From the IMG/VR virus record IMGVR_UViG_3300027763_000032, positions 57,011-121,010 of that record: a DNA stretch of 64,000 bases. The stretch is one strand, 5' to 3'. Below are positions 25,683 to 35,020 of the stretch, piece after piece. Both the position numbers and the translations under genes were made by a program. Every line of letters begins with the position of its first letter. Position 1 is the first letter of the stretch. The notes beneath the pieces were generated by a model, which was not told where the DNA came from, did no database searches, and saw only the letters and a list, made by a program, of their open reading frames with translations. The stretch comes from a virus.

Positions 25683-26378
25683 ATGTTTGGAACAAACTTT
25701 ACAGGCGGTGATGTACTAAGTTACCGTAGTGCTAGCGAAATTAACTCAGCGATGGGGCGTGTCTATGGACACATGAGCCTTGCTGTTATTGTATCAATGA
25801 TTGTCAGTTACTTTGTGGGTACTAGTCCAGAGTTACTACAATTCTTTTTTACAGGTGTAATGAAGTGGATTGTAATCTTTGCACCGCTTGCGGCAATCTT
25901 TGGTGTTGCTATGGTGCTAGGTAATAATCCTAGCAAAGGCGTAGCACAGTTATGCCTACATGGATTTGCGGCACTAATGGGATTGAGCTTTGCTACAATC
26001 TTTGCCGTGTTCAATATGGGATCAATTGTTAGTGCCTTTATGGGTGCGGCAATCTTGTTTGGTGTAATGAGTGGTTACGGCTACTTTACCAAACGTAGTT
26101 TAGAAAGCATGGGGCAATTTATGTTTATAGGTTTGATTGCCATTGTTATTGCCAGCATTGTCAATATCTTTATTGGATCAAGTGTAATGGCCATGGTCAT
26201 TAGTGCCTTGGCAATTATTATCTTCCTAGGACTGACTGCCTATGATACACAACGTATTCGTGAAGAACTAAGTGTAGACACTACTCCGGCCGCCGAAGTC
26301 AGCGGTGCTTTAAGCCTATACATGAACTTTATTAACTTGTTTTTAAACTTGTTACAACTATTTGGAGAAAGAAAATAA
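25683..26378 (+). CDS. Bax inhibitor-1/YccA-family membrane protein
   Basis: Seven hydrophobic helices, GLTAYDTQRI, ALSLYMNFINLFLNLLQLFG. Confidence 0.9.
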   Translation: MFGTNFTGGDVLSYRSASEINSAMGRVYGHMSLAVIVSMIVSYFVGTSPELLQFFFTGVMKWIVIFAPLAAIFGVAMVLGNNPSKGVAQLCLHGFAALMGLSFATIFAVFNMGSIVSAFMGAAILFGVMSGYGYFTKRSLESMGQFMFIGLIAIVIASIVNIFIGSSVMAMVISALAIIIFLGLTAYDTQRIREELSVDTTPAAEVSGALSLYMNFINLFLNLLQLFGERK

Positions 26379-26593
26379 TGAACTCAATAGATATGGCCAA
26401 TGACCTAATATTTAGGGCAAAAAACTTACAAGAGTTTGTAGTTGAAACTGATGTGCCGGAAGATTTTAGATTTAATGGTGTAATACCATTTGACATGCAG
26501 ATTAAAGATAGTATAATAAGTGCTAAGGTAATGGCACTCGACTTTGACGAAGCTGTTACACAACTCGATAACTTTTTAGAAAGCTGTAAATGA
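26378..26593 (+). CDS. hypothetical protein
   Basis: TAATG coupled, 71 aa. Confidence 0.6.
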   Translation: MNSIDMANDLIFRAKNLQEFVVETDVPEDFRFNGVIPFDMQIKDSIISAKVMALDFDEAVTQLDNFLESCK

Positions 26594-26763
26594 ATCCGCA
26601 ACACTTATATACTATCCGCTGGACACAACCATATGCCACTTACCAAATGCGCCCATATCTTCGCCAACTTCGTAACGACTACGAAGTTCAAATTGAAGAT
26701 AAACTGGCTCGTGGTCAGTTTGATGATGCGAAAGCAGTCTTAGAAAGAATTATGAAATTATGA
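26590..26763 (+). CDS. 57-aa hypothetical protein (absent from ORF track)
   Basis: MNPQHLYTIRWTQPY...ERIMKL*; overlaps with neighbours at both ends and fills the gap exactly. Confidence 0.6.
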   Translation: MNPQHLYTIRWTQPYATYQMRPYLRQLRNDYEVQIEDKLARGQFDDAKAVLERIMKL

Positions 26764-27050
26764 ACTGGTTAAAACTTAAATTTCGAGATTGGATAAACAG
26801 CGCACAAGACATATACGAGACGTCTGGTCGACAAAATCGATTAGTTAGTAGTGCTGAAGAAAAGTCTATCGGTGATGATCCTGTATTAAATTTCAAAGTT
26901 TATTCAGCGGTAGGTGGTAAGGTTGTAGAGTTTAGACGTTATGATCGCAAGAGTGATCGTAACGATAGTACTACATACATTATTACAAATGATCAAGACT
27001 TTGGTGAACGTATTGCAAAAATTGCTACAATGGAAAATTTAAAAGCATGA
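26760..27050 (+). CDS. hypothetical protein
   Basis: ATGA coupled. Confidence 0.65.
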   Translation: MNWLKLKFRDWINSAQDIYETSGRQNRLVSSAEEKSIGDDPVLNFKVYSAVGGKVVEFRRYDRKSDRNDSTTYIITNDQDFGERIAKIATMENLKA

Positions 27051-27388
27051 ACGCACAGGTACCTGCAGAAGGCATTTTAAAACATAACGAGTGGGGCGAC
27101 TCAAAAGTTTATCGAGTTTTATGCGAATGTGGAGATAGCAGTCACGAACACAACGTATGGGTAGAAGCTGACGACCACGACATTTCAGTTACTATCTATA
27201 CTACAACTAAGACTAACTTTTGGTCTAAAACACGTTGGTATCATATTTGGACTTTACTATCTAAAGGCTACATCGATACAGAATCAACTGTTTGTTTAAA
27301 AAGACAAAGTGCTTTGAACTATGCAGAAACATTAAAAAGTGCTATAATAGATGTAGAAGAATTTAGGAAGAACAATGTCAAAAATTAA
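27047..27388 (+). CDS. hypothetical protein with CECG..H motif
   Basis: ATGA coupled. Confidence 0.65.
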   Translation: MNAQVPAEGILKHNEWGDSKVYRVLCECGDSSHEHNVWVEADDHDISVTIYTTTKTNFWSKTRWYHIWTLLSKGYIDTESTVCLKRQSALNYAETLKSAIIDVEEFRKNNVKN

Positions 27389-28232
27389 AATTGCAGAATT
27401 ATTTTATAGTGTGCAGGGCGAAGGACGCTACATGGGCGTCCCGTCTGTATTTCTACGCACATTTGGTTGTAACTTTAAGTGTGCCGGCTTTGGCATGCCA
27501 CGTGGCGAACTAAGTCACGAAGCAACGGATATTGCGGCTACGCATACTATGATCAAGTCTTTTCAAAATTATAAAGACTTGCCACTAGTTAGCACAGGTT
27601 GTGATAGCTATGCTAGTTGGATGCCCGAGTTTAAAGATCTAAGCCCATTGCTCTCAAGCGATGCTATTGCCGATGGTATTATGGATATGCTACCCTACGA
27701 AGAATGGCGAGATGAACATCTTGTTATTACAGGTGGCGAACCTTTGTTAGGTTGGCAACGTGCCTATCCAGACTTGTTAGATAATCCTAAGATGGCAAGT
27801 CTTAAGGAAATTACCTTTGAGACAAACGGTACTCAATCTTTAACAGACGAATTTAGATCTTATTTGCACAACTGGAAGAAAGCTAGTCCAGATCGAGAAA
27901 TTACATTTAGTGTAAGTGCTAAACTGCCATGTAGCGGTGAAGCATGGGATGAAGCAATTAAACCACAAACAGTGTGCGAGTATGAATGGTTTGGTACAGC
28001 ATATTTGAAATTTGTTATTGCCACAGAACAAGACTTTGCCGATGCAGAGTGTGCTATTGCCGCTTATCGCACAGCAGGGTTTAAAGGACACGTTTACCTA
28101 ATGCCTGTGGGTGGTGTAGAAAGTGTCTATGCGATGAATAATAAGAATGTAGCTATATTGGCTATGAAACACGGCTTACGTTATAGTGACCGTTTGCAAG
28201 TGCCGTTATTTAAAAATGAGTGGGGAACCTAA
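27375..28232 (+). CDS. queE: 7-carboxy-7-deazaguanine synthase (radical SAM)
   Basis: SVQGEG, FLRTFGCNFKC...GCDS, VITGGEP, FETNGT, LKFVI, VYLMP. Confidence 0.82.
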   Translation: MSKIKIAELFYSVQGEGRYMGVPSVFLRTFGCNFKCAGFGMPRGELSHEATDIAATHTMIKSFQNYKDLPLVSTGCDSYASWMPEFKDLSPLLSSDAIADGIMDMLPYEEWRDEHLVITGGEPLLGWQRAYPDLLDNPKMASLKEITFETNGTQSLTDEFRSYLHNWKKASPDREITFSVSAKLPCSGEAWDEAIKPQTVCEYEWFGTAYLKFVIATEQDFADAECAIAAYRTAGFKGHVYLMPVGGVESVYAMNNKNVAILAMKHGLRYSDRLQVPLFKNEWGT

Positions 28233-28684
28233 TGAATAAATGGATTGAAAAGTTGTTTGGCATTGATAAGATCAAAGCTAGAACTGAAGAGGCATTAAAG
28301 CAAGCAGAAGAATCTATCCAAGTTGCTAATAAGGCCGCAACTGCCGCAGAAGCCGCAGTTAAAGCAGAAGAAATGGCAAAGTTAGGTCCAAAAGAAAGAG
28401 CTACTGCCAAAGGCGAACCTTATGTAGCAGTGTTGGATACTAAAGTAAACCCGGACAATGTACGTAATGGCTTTTTTGAGCTTGACTGGAACGACCTTTT
28501 TGTGTTACAATTGAAACAAGCTGGTTACGGATTTGATGGTGATGCTGACGAAGAAATTGTAGATCGTTGGTTTAGAGGCCTGTGCAAAGACGTAGCTAAC
28601 GAAGAAGGTATTGATATGACTGACCGAGGTGCTGGTTATATTAATGTTCGTAAGTTAACCGAAGACAAAAGCGAAGTTTCATGA
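28229..28684 (+). CDS. hypothetical protein
   Basis: ATGA coupled; Ala-rich helix then NGFFELDWN. Confidence 0.7.
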   Translation, partial: LMNKWIEKLFGIDKIKARTEEALKQAEESIQVANKAATAAEAAVKAEEMAKLGPKERATAKGEPYVAVLDTKVNPDNVRNGFFELDWNDLFVLQLKQAGYGFDGDADEEIVDRWFRGLCKDVANEEGIDMTDRGAGYINVRKLTEDKSEVS

Positions 28685-29646
28685 CATATATTTTAGTAGA
28701 TACTGCTAACACATTCTTCCGTGCCCGTCACGTCATTAAAGGTGACGCTGACACTAAGTTAGGCATGGCATTTCATATTACACTTAACAGTATCCGCAAG
28801 GCTTGGCAAGACTTTGGAGGCACACATGTTGTCTTCTGTCTCGAAGGTCGCTCATGGCGCAAAGACTATTACACTCCATATAAAGCACAGAGAGCGGCGG
28901 CTCGTGCGGCTAAGACTGTAAAAGAACAAGAAGAAGAAACCCTGTTTTGGGAATCGTTTGACGCATTTAAAGATTTTATTACAGAAAAAACTAACTGTAC
29001 AGTATTACAGCATCAGCAACTAGAAGCTGACGATTTAATTGCCGGTTGGATACAGAGTCATCCAAATGACGATCATGTGATTATTAGTACCGATACAGAT
29101 TTTGTACAATTAATTGCTCCTAACGTAAAACAGTACAACGGAGTTATGGAAACTACAATTACACACGAAGGTATCTTTGATAAAAAAGGCAAGCGTGTGA
29201 TTGACAATAAGACTAAAGCTGAAAAAGTTATTCCAGATCCACAATGGTTATTGTTTGAAAAATGTATTCGAGGCGATACTAGCGATAATGTATTCAGTGC
29301 ATATCCTAAAGTGCGTAAGAATAAATTAGAAGAAGCCTTTACTGATAGGGCAAACAAGGGATTCGCGTGGAACAATCTCATGCTTCAGCGTTGGGTTGAT
29401 CATAACGGGGTCGAACATCGTGTGTTAGAAGACTACGAACGTAATCGTCGACTTATTGATCTTACTCAACAACCCGAAGATATTAAAAATATTATTAAAG
29501 AAACAATCTCTACTAATGCGGTTGCTAAAGAAGTTACACAAGTTGGCATTAGACTTTTAAAATTTGCTCAATTATATGATCTACAGAAAGTGTCTGATCA
29601 GGCAGATAGCTATGCCAAACCATTAAATGCAAGGTACGTAAAATGA
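28681..29646 (+). CDS. 5'-3' exonuclease / T4 RNase H-like flap nuclease
   Basis: ILVDTAN, EADDLIA, STDTDFVQL, GDTSDNV. Confidence 0.9.
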   Translation: MTYILVDTANTFFRARHVIKGDADTKLGMAFHITLNSIRKAWQDFGGTHVVFCLEGRSWRKDYYTPYKAQRAAARAAKTVKEQEEETLFWESFDAFKDFITEKTNCTVLQHQQLEADDLIAGWIQSHPNDDHVIISTDTDFVQLIAPNVKQYNGVMETTITHEGIFDKKGKRVIDNKTKAEKVIPDPQWLLFEKCIRGDTSDNVFSAYPKVRKNKLEEAFTDRANKGFAWNNLMLQRWVDHNGVEHRVLEDYERNRRLIDLTQQPEDIKNIIKETISTNAVAKEVTQVGIRLLKFAQLYDLQKVSDQADSYAKPLNARYVK

Positions 29647-30119
29647 CAGAAATACATGCAAAGCCCGTTGTTGACGGTAAATTTTGGATTGTGGAACAAG
29701 ATGAGAATAAAGTCGGTGTTCTAAAATTAACTGAGCAAAAGAAATTTGTCTTTAGTTCAAAAGATACTATTACGGTATTTGACACTAAGAAAAAATTGTT
29801 TGAGGCATTTGGATCAAATTTCTTTGTAGCTAAAAAGAAAAATGAAGAAGTTGAGGATCTAGACAGAGAAGTACACGGGTATCCAACAAGTAGTGCTCCT
29901 TACAATCCCATGTATGATGTAAAGAAACATTTACCACTCTTTACTAAAAGTAACAAATCAAAATCAGTTTATTGTGCAGGCTACTACATTATCAAATTTG
30001 ATAAAGGTTGGGTTAAGAGTTTTTGTCCTAAACTTATAACTGTTGAGCGTTATCAGTATGAAGGTCCATTTAAAACTGAAATGGAAATGAAACATAGGTT
30101 AAACAATGCAAACAGATAA
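29643..30119 (+). CDS. hypothetical protein
   Basis: ATGA coupled, 158 aa. Confidence 0.7.
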   Translation: MTEIHAKPVVDGKFWIVEQDENKVGVLKLTEQKKFVFSSKDTITVFDTKKKLFEAFGSNFFVAKKKNEEVEDLDREVHGYPTSSAPYNPMYDVKKHLPLFTKSNKSKSVYCAGYYIIKFDKGWVKSFCPKLITVERYQYEGPFKTEMEMKHRLNNANR

Positions 30120-30348
30120 GATTAATACAACTGTATTGACACAGTTTATGAATCAGGTCAAGGCCGCAGATACTGCTAATCAAAGAGAAATTAGATTAGA
30201 CATTGCCACTGCTAAAAACATTACACATACATTAGCAGTGGTAATGACTAGACTAGCAGGCAACTATGAAGGGCTAATGCAAGCACAGACTAAGGAAGAA
30301 CCAGTAATTACTGTTCAAATGGACGGTGGAATGTGGGCCGAAAAGTGA
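30106..30348 (+). CDS. hypothetical protein
   Basis: 80 aa, overlapping start. Confidence 0.65.
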   Translation: MQTDKINTTVLTQFMNQVKAADTANQREIRLDIATAKNITHTLAVVMTRLAGNYEGLMQAQTKEEPVITVQMDGGMWAEK

Positions 30349-30358
30349 TGTAAGTGCG

Positions 30359-30365
30359 ATAAATA
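30359..30365 (+). promoter_or_regulatory. late-type promoter core (G)ATAAATA
   Basis: Intergenic, upstream of GGAG SD and ATG 30396. Confidence 0.55.
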
Positions 30366-30395
30366 TATACGTAGTTATTCGGAGATATGTATATT

Positions 30396-30680
30396 ATGAG
30401 TCGACCTAAACCAACAGTAGTACTTGAAAGCGTTAATAAAAAAACGTATAAGAGTGATCAAATCCTGGAAGCGGAAGCTATTTGGGCCGTTTTCCATTTA
30501 GGAAAACCGTTTAACTTAAAAAGTCAAAACAGTCTAAGTGGTTATCCGGGTAGCAAGTATAAGAAAGTCAGTTTTTCAAATCCTGGCCATGCACATAATC
30601 TTGCTAAAAAATTAAACACTTTATTCAATAGCAAAGACTTTGCTGTTTATAAACTAACAACTGGTGAAGAAATAAAGTGA
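30396..30680 (+). CDS. hypothetical protein
   Basis: MSRPKPTVVLE...YKKVSFSNPGHA. Confidence 0.7.
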   Translation: MSRPKPTVVLESVNKKTYKSDQILEAEAIWAVFHLGKPFNLKSQNSLSGYPGSKYKKVSFSNPGHAHNLAKKLNTLFNSKDFAVYKLTTGEEIK

Positions 30681-31072
30681 ACAGAAAAACCTACACTAAA
30701 ATATTCTTAAAACAAGCCGATGTGGCTTTGACTGAAGAAAACATTAGTGCTAGTATGCGAGTGTGGTGGCAAAACAACAGAACCAAAAGTGAAGGCGGTC
30801 TACGTCTAACCGAAAAAGGTTTGGACTTTGTAAGAACCACTTTGGATTTGGCTGTTTACGAAGTTCCCTTTCCAACCGGATTCGATTTGAAACCACAAGT
30901 AATTATATTTTTGGACAGATTTATTGACTGTCCATATTTCTTAACAGACCGCTCAATAACAGTACTTTCGGAAAGAAAGTGTTTTGAGTTGTACCTATTT
31001 AATGGTGATGTCCAAAAATACGGAATCACCAAAGCCATGCGTAGCAAAAAAGCCACAGACGAAAATAGTTAA
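30677..31072 (+). CDS. hypothetical protein
   Basis: GTGA coupled, 131 aa. Confidence 0.7.
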   Translation: MNRKTYTKIFLKQADVALTEENISASMRVWWQNNRTKSEGGLRLTEKGLDFVRTTLDLAVYEVPFPTGFDLKPQVIIFLDRFIDCPYFLTDRSITVLSERKCFELYLFNGDVQKYGITKAMRSKKATDENS

Positions 31073-31080
31073 AAAAGTTC

Positions 31081-31109
31081 TTGACTTTTCTAGCGTTTTG
31101 CGTTATAAT
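31081..31109 (+). promoter_or_regulatory. sigma70-type promoter
   Basis: TTGACT-17 nt-TATAAT. Confidence 0.8.
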
Positions 31110-31161
31110 ACTAATACTGCGAAACAAAAGCAGACTAATTTTTTAACACACAGGAGCTAGT

Positions 31162-32256
31162 ATGGCAAAAGCAGAAGTTATCAATCGTCAAGTGAGCCCG
31201 AACGGTGCGAAGAACGCTATTCGTAAGGCATTTAAGAAACAGCGTCCATTGTTCCTCTGGGGTCCCCCAGGCATTGGTAAGTCTGATGTCATTCATCAGT
31301 TAGGCGCAGAAATGGATGCTCATGTTATTGACATTCGTTTGAGTCTTTGGGAACCTACCGACATTAAGGGTATTCCTTACTTTGATAGCAACTCAGGTAC
31401 TATGGTTTGGGGTAGCCCAAGCGAACTGCCTACAAAAGAGTTTGCTTCTAAATTCCCCCACGTTATTTTGTTCTTAGACGAAATGAACTCTGCGGCTCCT
31501 AGCGTACAAGCGGCGGCTTATCAGTTGATTTTGAATCGTCGTGTTGGACAATATCATTTGCCAGATAACGTTCTTATTGTTGCGGCTGGTAACCGTGAAG
31601 CAGATAAGGGTGTTACTTACCGTATGCCTGCTCCGTTGGCTAACCGTTTTGTTCACTTGGAAATGCGTGTAGATTTTGATGACTGGTCACAATGGGCTAC
31701 TGTAAACAAAGTACATCCAGATGTGGTCGGTTACTGCACCTTTGCTAAGAAAGACCTGTACGACTTTGATCCAAAGTCTAGCTCACGTGCCTTTGCTACT
31801 CCACGTAGCTGGTCCTTTGTTAGCGAACTGTTGGAAGATGACGACACTAGCAACGACACATTGACCGATTTGATTGCGGGTGCGGTAGGAGAAGGTTTGG
31901 CTATTAAATTTATGGCTCATCGTAAGATTAGCTCTAAACTGCCTAAGCCAGAAGACATCCTTGCAGGCAAAGTTAAGAAAATGGAAACTAAGGAAATTAG
32001 TGCCATGTATTCTTTGACTGTGTCATTGTGCTATGAGCTCAAAGATGCGGCTGACAAGAATGACAAGAAGTTTAACGACAAAGTCAACTACTTCTTCCAA
32101 TTTATGATGGACAATTTTGAAACTGAATTGGTTGTGATGGGTACTAAACTTGCTCTTACCCAATACCAGTTGCCGTTGGATCCAGATGAGATTGCATGTT
32201 TTGATGACTTCCATACTAAGTTTGGCAAGTACATTGCGGCGGCTCAAACTAAGTAA
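31162..32256 (+). CDS. MoxR-like AAA+ ATPase
   Basis: Walker A GPPGIGKS, Walker B LFLDE, AAGNR, PLANRF. Confidence 0.9.
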   Translation: MAKAEVINRQVSPNGAKNAIRKAFKKQRPLFLWGPPGIGKSDVIHQLGAEMDAHVIDIRLSLWEPTDIKGIPYFDSNSGTMVWGSPSELPTKEFASKFPHVILFLDEMNSAAPSVQAAAYQLILNRRVGQYHLPDNVLIVAAGNREADKGVTYRMPAPLANRFVHLEMRVDFDDWSQWATVNKVHPDVVGYCTFAKKDLYDFDPKSSSRAFATPRSWSFVSELLEDDDTSNDTLTDLIAGAVGEGLAIKFMAHRKISSKLPKPEDILAGKVKKMETKEISAMYSLTVSLCYELKDAADKNDKKFNDKVNYFFQFMMDNFETELVVMGTKLALTQYQLPLDPDEIACFDDFHTKFGKYIAAAQTK

Positions 32257-32262
32257 CCAAAA

Positions 32263-32290
32263 ATAAAAGGTGTAGAAATGCACCTTTTAT
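32263..32290 (+). terminator. intergenic hairpin, probable intrinsic (possibly bidirectional) terminator
   Basis: ATAAAAGGTG-TAGAAATG-CACCTTTTAT perfect 10-bp inverted repeat. Confidence 0.7.
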
Positions 32291-32291
32291 C

Positions 32292-32320
32292 TTGACTTTT
32301 ATATAGAATGACTGTATAAT
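32292..32320 (+). promoter_or_regulatory. sigma70-type promoter
   Basis: TTGACT-17 nt-TATAAT. Confidence 0.8.
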
Positions 32321-32351
32321 ACATATATACAGTAAAACACTAGGAGCAAAA

Positions 32352-33530
32352 ATGGCACATAGTACCGATCCAATTATTGATAAAATTGTAGTAGCCCGAG
32401 TAGGTCTATTACTCCGCCACCCATTCTTTGGTAATATGGCAACTCGCATGAAGCTTATTGACGCTAGCGATTGGTTGCCTACTGCCGCTACTGACTTCCG
32501 TAACTTCTACTTTAACCGCGAGTTTTTTGACAAGATGACTCCGCGTCAAGTTGAGTTTGTTGTTGCACACGAAATCTTGCATTGCGTATTTGACCATATG
32601 ATGCGTAACGAAGGTCGTGAAAAACAAATTTGGAACATTGCCGCTGACTATTGTGTTAACGGTATTTTGAAACGTGACCGTATTGGTGATGATCCTCCTG
32701 TCAAGTTCTTTTATGATCGCAAGTACGACAACTGGTCAGCTGAACAAGTATATGACGAAATCTTTAATAAGTATGATGAAGAACAACTTAACCAATTAGG
32801 TCAGATGTTAGATCATCATATGGATCCAGAAGGCGGCAAAGATGGACAGCCTCAGTATTCTAAAGACGAGTTAAAAAAGATCCGCGACGAGATCAAAGAA
32901 GCAATGATTCAAAGTGCCAATGCCGCAGGTGCAGGTAATGTGCCAGGTGAAATTGCACGTATGATCAAAGACATGACTGAGCCTAAAATGGATTGGCGCG
33001 AGATGTTGCGTATGAATATCCAAAGTCTTGTTAAGAATGACTTTAGTTTTAGCCGTCCTAACCGTAAAGGTCAAATGACTGGTGCTGTATTGCCCGGTTG
33101 TAATTTTGACACTAGCATTGACGTATGCGTAGCACTTGACATGTCAGGTTCTATTAGCGATGAAATGGGTGCGGATTTCTTAGGTGAAGTCAAAGGCATT
33201 ATGCAAGAGTTTAAAGATTTTAATATTAAGATTTGGTGTTTTGATACCAAAGTCTATAATGAGCAAGACTATGACTCTTACAACGGCGATGAGATTGACG
33301 AATACGAAATCATGGGCGGTGGCGGTACAGAATTTGACTGTAACTGGGACTACATGAAGGAACATGATATTCGTCCTAAGAAGTTTATTATGTTTACAGA
33401 CGGTTATCCTTGGAGTTCATGGGGTGACGAAGACTACTGTGATACAATCTTTGTTATCCACGGTAACGACACTATTGTTCCCCCATTTGGTAGCTATGCC
33501 TACTACGATATGGAAACGTCAACTGCCTAA
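32352..33530 (+). CDS. metallopeptidase-like (HExxH) plus VWA domain protein (DUF2201-like)
   Basis: AHEILHC; LDMSGS MIDAS; GGGGTEF; MFTDG. Confidence 0.85.
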   Translation: MAHSTDPIIDKIVVARVGLLLRHPFFGNMATRMKLIDASDWLPTAATDFRNFYFNREFFDKMTPRQVEFVVAHEILHCVFDHMMRNEGREKQIWNIAADYCVNGILKRDRIGDDPPVKFFYDRKYDNWSAEQVYDEIFNKYDEEQLNQLGQMLDHHMDPEGGKDGQPQYSKDELKKIRDEIKEAMIQSANAAGAGNVPGEIARMIKDMTEPKMDWREMLRMNIQSLVKNDFSFSRPNRKGQMTGAVLPGCNFDTSIDVCVALDMSGSISDEMGADFLGEVKGIMQEFKDFNIKIWCFDTKVYNEQDYDSYNGDEIDEYEIMGGGGTEFDCNWDYMKEHDIRPKKFIMFTDGYPWSSWGDEDYCDTIFVIHGNDTIVPPFGSYAYYDMETSTA

Positions 33531-33814
33531 TGTTATCGCTAGATAAGATTAATCCCCTTAATGTATTAGGGTGCAGGGAGGTCGGTGATCCTCCTCCCCA
33601 TTTCCATTATCTCCAATTAAATCTCAAGTATAATATAGTAGAATCTGTTAGACAATGGATTTACGAAAATCTGCATAGTAGATTCTATCTAGGAGAGAGT
33701 TTACAACTTGATGAGAATCAATTTACAATAAAAATCAAAATTGGATTTGAAGAGCCAAAAGAAGCCAGTTTCTTTTTGCTTGCTTGTCCACTTTTAAAGT
33801 ATACAAATCATTAA
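33530..33814 (+). CDS. hypothetical protein
   Basis: TAATG coupled. Confidence 0.65.
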   Translation: MLSLDKINPLNVLGCREVGDPPPHFHYLQLNLKYNIVESVRQWIYENLHSRFYLGESLQLDENQFTIKIKIGFEEPKEASFFLLACPLLKYTNH

Positions 33815-33853
33815 AGTGATATATAATAGTACTTACAACCAAAGGAGTAAAAC

Positions 33854-34084
33854 ATGACTGAAACAACTACACAACCAGAAGCACAAACTACACCAGAAGC
33901 ACCAGCATCTGTAGATTTAACTGTACAAGACCTTGCAGGCCTACGTTCAGTAATCGATGTAGCAAGTTCACGTGGCGCATTTAAAGCCGCTGAGATGGAA
34001 GCTGTTGGAAAATTATTCAATAAGCTAAATGCATTCTTGGACCAAGTAGCTAAACAACAGCCTGCCCCAGCAGAAGGACAATAA
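33854..34084 (+). CDS. hypothetical protein
   Basis: AAGGAG SD; SSRGAFKAAEM. Confidence 0.7.
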   Translation: MTETTTQPEAQTTPEAPASVDLTVQDLAGLRSVIDVASSRGAFKAAEMEAVGKLFNKLNAFLDQVAKQQPAPAEGQ

Positions 34085-34088
34085 TCTA

Positions 34089-34703
34089 ATGGCCGATATC
34101 AAACACATTGGAAGGTTCAAATCAAACGGACGTAAATGTCTGATTGCATATAGAACACTGCCCGGTGAAAGTGATTCTGCATTAGTTATCCAAACTGAAA
34201 ATTTGACTGACGAAAATCACGACTCACTAATGAAGTTAGTTGAGTCGCAAGGTGCTCAATCAAGTTATGAATTTGCAGAGGTCCTGGCACGAACAAGATT
34301 CCAAGACGGTAGCATTATGCTATCTAACTTGCATAGTAATAAAAAATTACTTAAAGTAAAAACCAGCGAGATCGAAGTAGTTCCAAATATGAAGGCTGTT
34401 ATTAGTTTAGATCAACTAAATCAACTAATTGCTGAACAAAAAGGAATTAGTGTTAACGATCTAGCATTAGGTAATCAAACATCTGTGCAAGACGTTGCTA
34501 AAGTAAATGATCTAACAGTTGAAGAAGAAACTGTTCCACAAAAAGCATTTGAAACTAAACAATTAGATCAGCCACTTACTGATACTGACCTTGCAAAGAA
34601 ATATCGTTCCGATGCAGATCGTCTGAGCAAGGAAGCCGCTCAACTTCGTAGGATGGCTGAAGAGCTAGTTCCAACAAAGAAGAAAGCTGCCGTTGACGAG
34701 TGA
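34089..34703 (+). CDS. hypothetical protein
   Basis: 204 aa with C-terminal coiled coil. Confidence 0.7.
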   Translation: MADIKHIGRFKSNGRKCLIAYRTLPGESDSALVIQTENLTDENHDSLMKLVESQGAQSSYEFAEVLARTRFQDGSIMLSNLHSNKKLLKVKTSEIEVVPNMKAVISLDQLNQLIAEQKGISVNDLALGNQTSVQDVAKVNDLTVEEETVPQKAFETKQLDQPLTDTDLAKKYRSDADRLSKEAAQLRRMAEELVPTKKKAAVDE

Positions 34704-35020
34704 CAAAAAAGTCTTTGCCAAAAGACGTAGTTGAGTCGTGGCCAGAGATTTTTAGTGATATAGATGTTCGTGCAATACCGTTAGAGTATCTTGATTCCAT
34801 ACGGATCATTTTTGAAAACGGTAAAGTATGGGATATAGACATTGCCAAATATGCTAAACACTCTGGTGAAGATGACTTAGAAGGCCATCTTAAAGAACTA
34901 CTCAGCAACTACGAAGAGTCTATACAACATATAGACTTTCGCTTAGATGTCGCTAAAGTTAAAAAAGATGTGATAAAACAAACTAAGAGTTTTCTTAAAA
35001 AACCGAAAAGAGAAAAATGA
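34700..35020 (+). CDS. hypothetical protein
   Basis: GTGA coupled. Confidence 0.65.
   Translation: MTKKSLPKDVVESWPEIFSDIDVRAIPLEYLDSIRIIFENGKVWDIDIAKYAKHSGEDDLEGHLKELLSNYEESIQHIDFRLDVAKVKKDVIKQTKSFLKKPKREK

Noticed and set aside
27375-28232. Calling this radical SAM protein NrdG (anaerobic RNR activase)
   Set aside because: Length, QGEG/LKFV/YLMP motifs and co-location with folE and a TGT fit QueE better; no nrdD in the window
728-35000. Many short minus-strand ORFs in the track (e.g. 728-952, 4067-4666, 7061-7507, 34576-34908) and alternative-frame plus ORFs
   Set aside because: They lie wholly within well-supported genes, have no motifs or SD and read as antisense shadows
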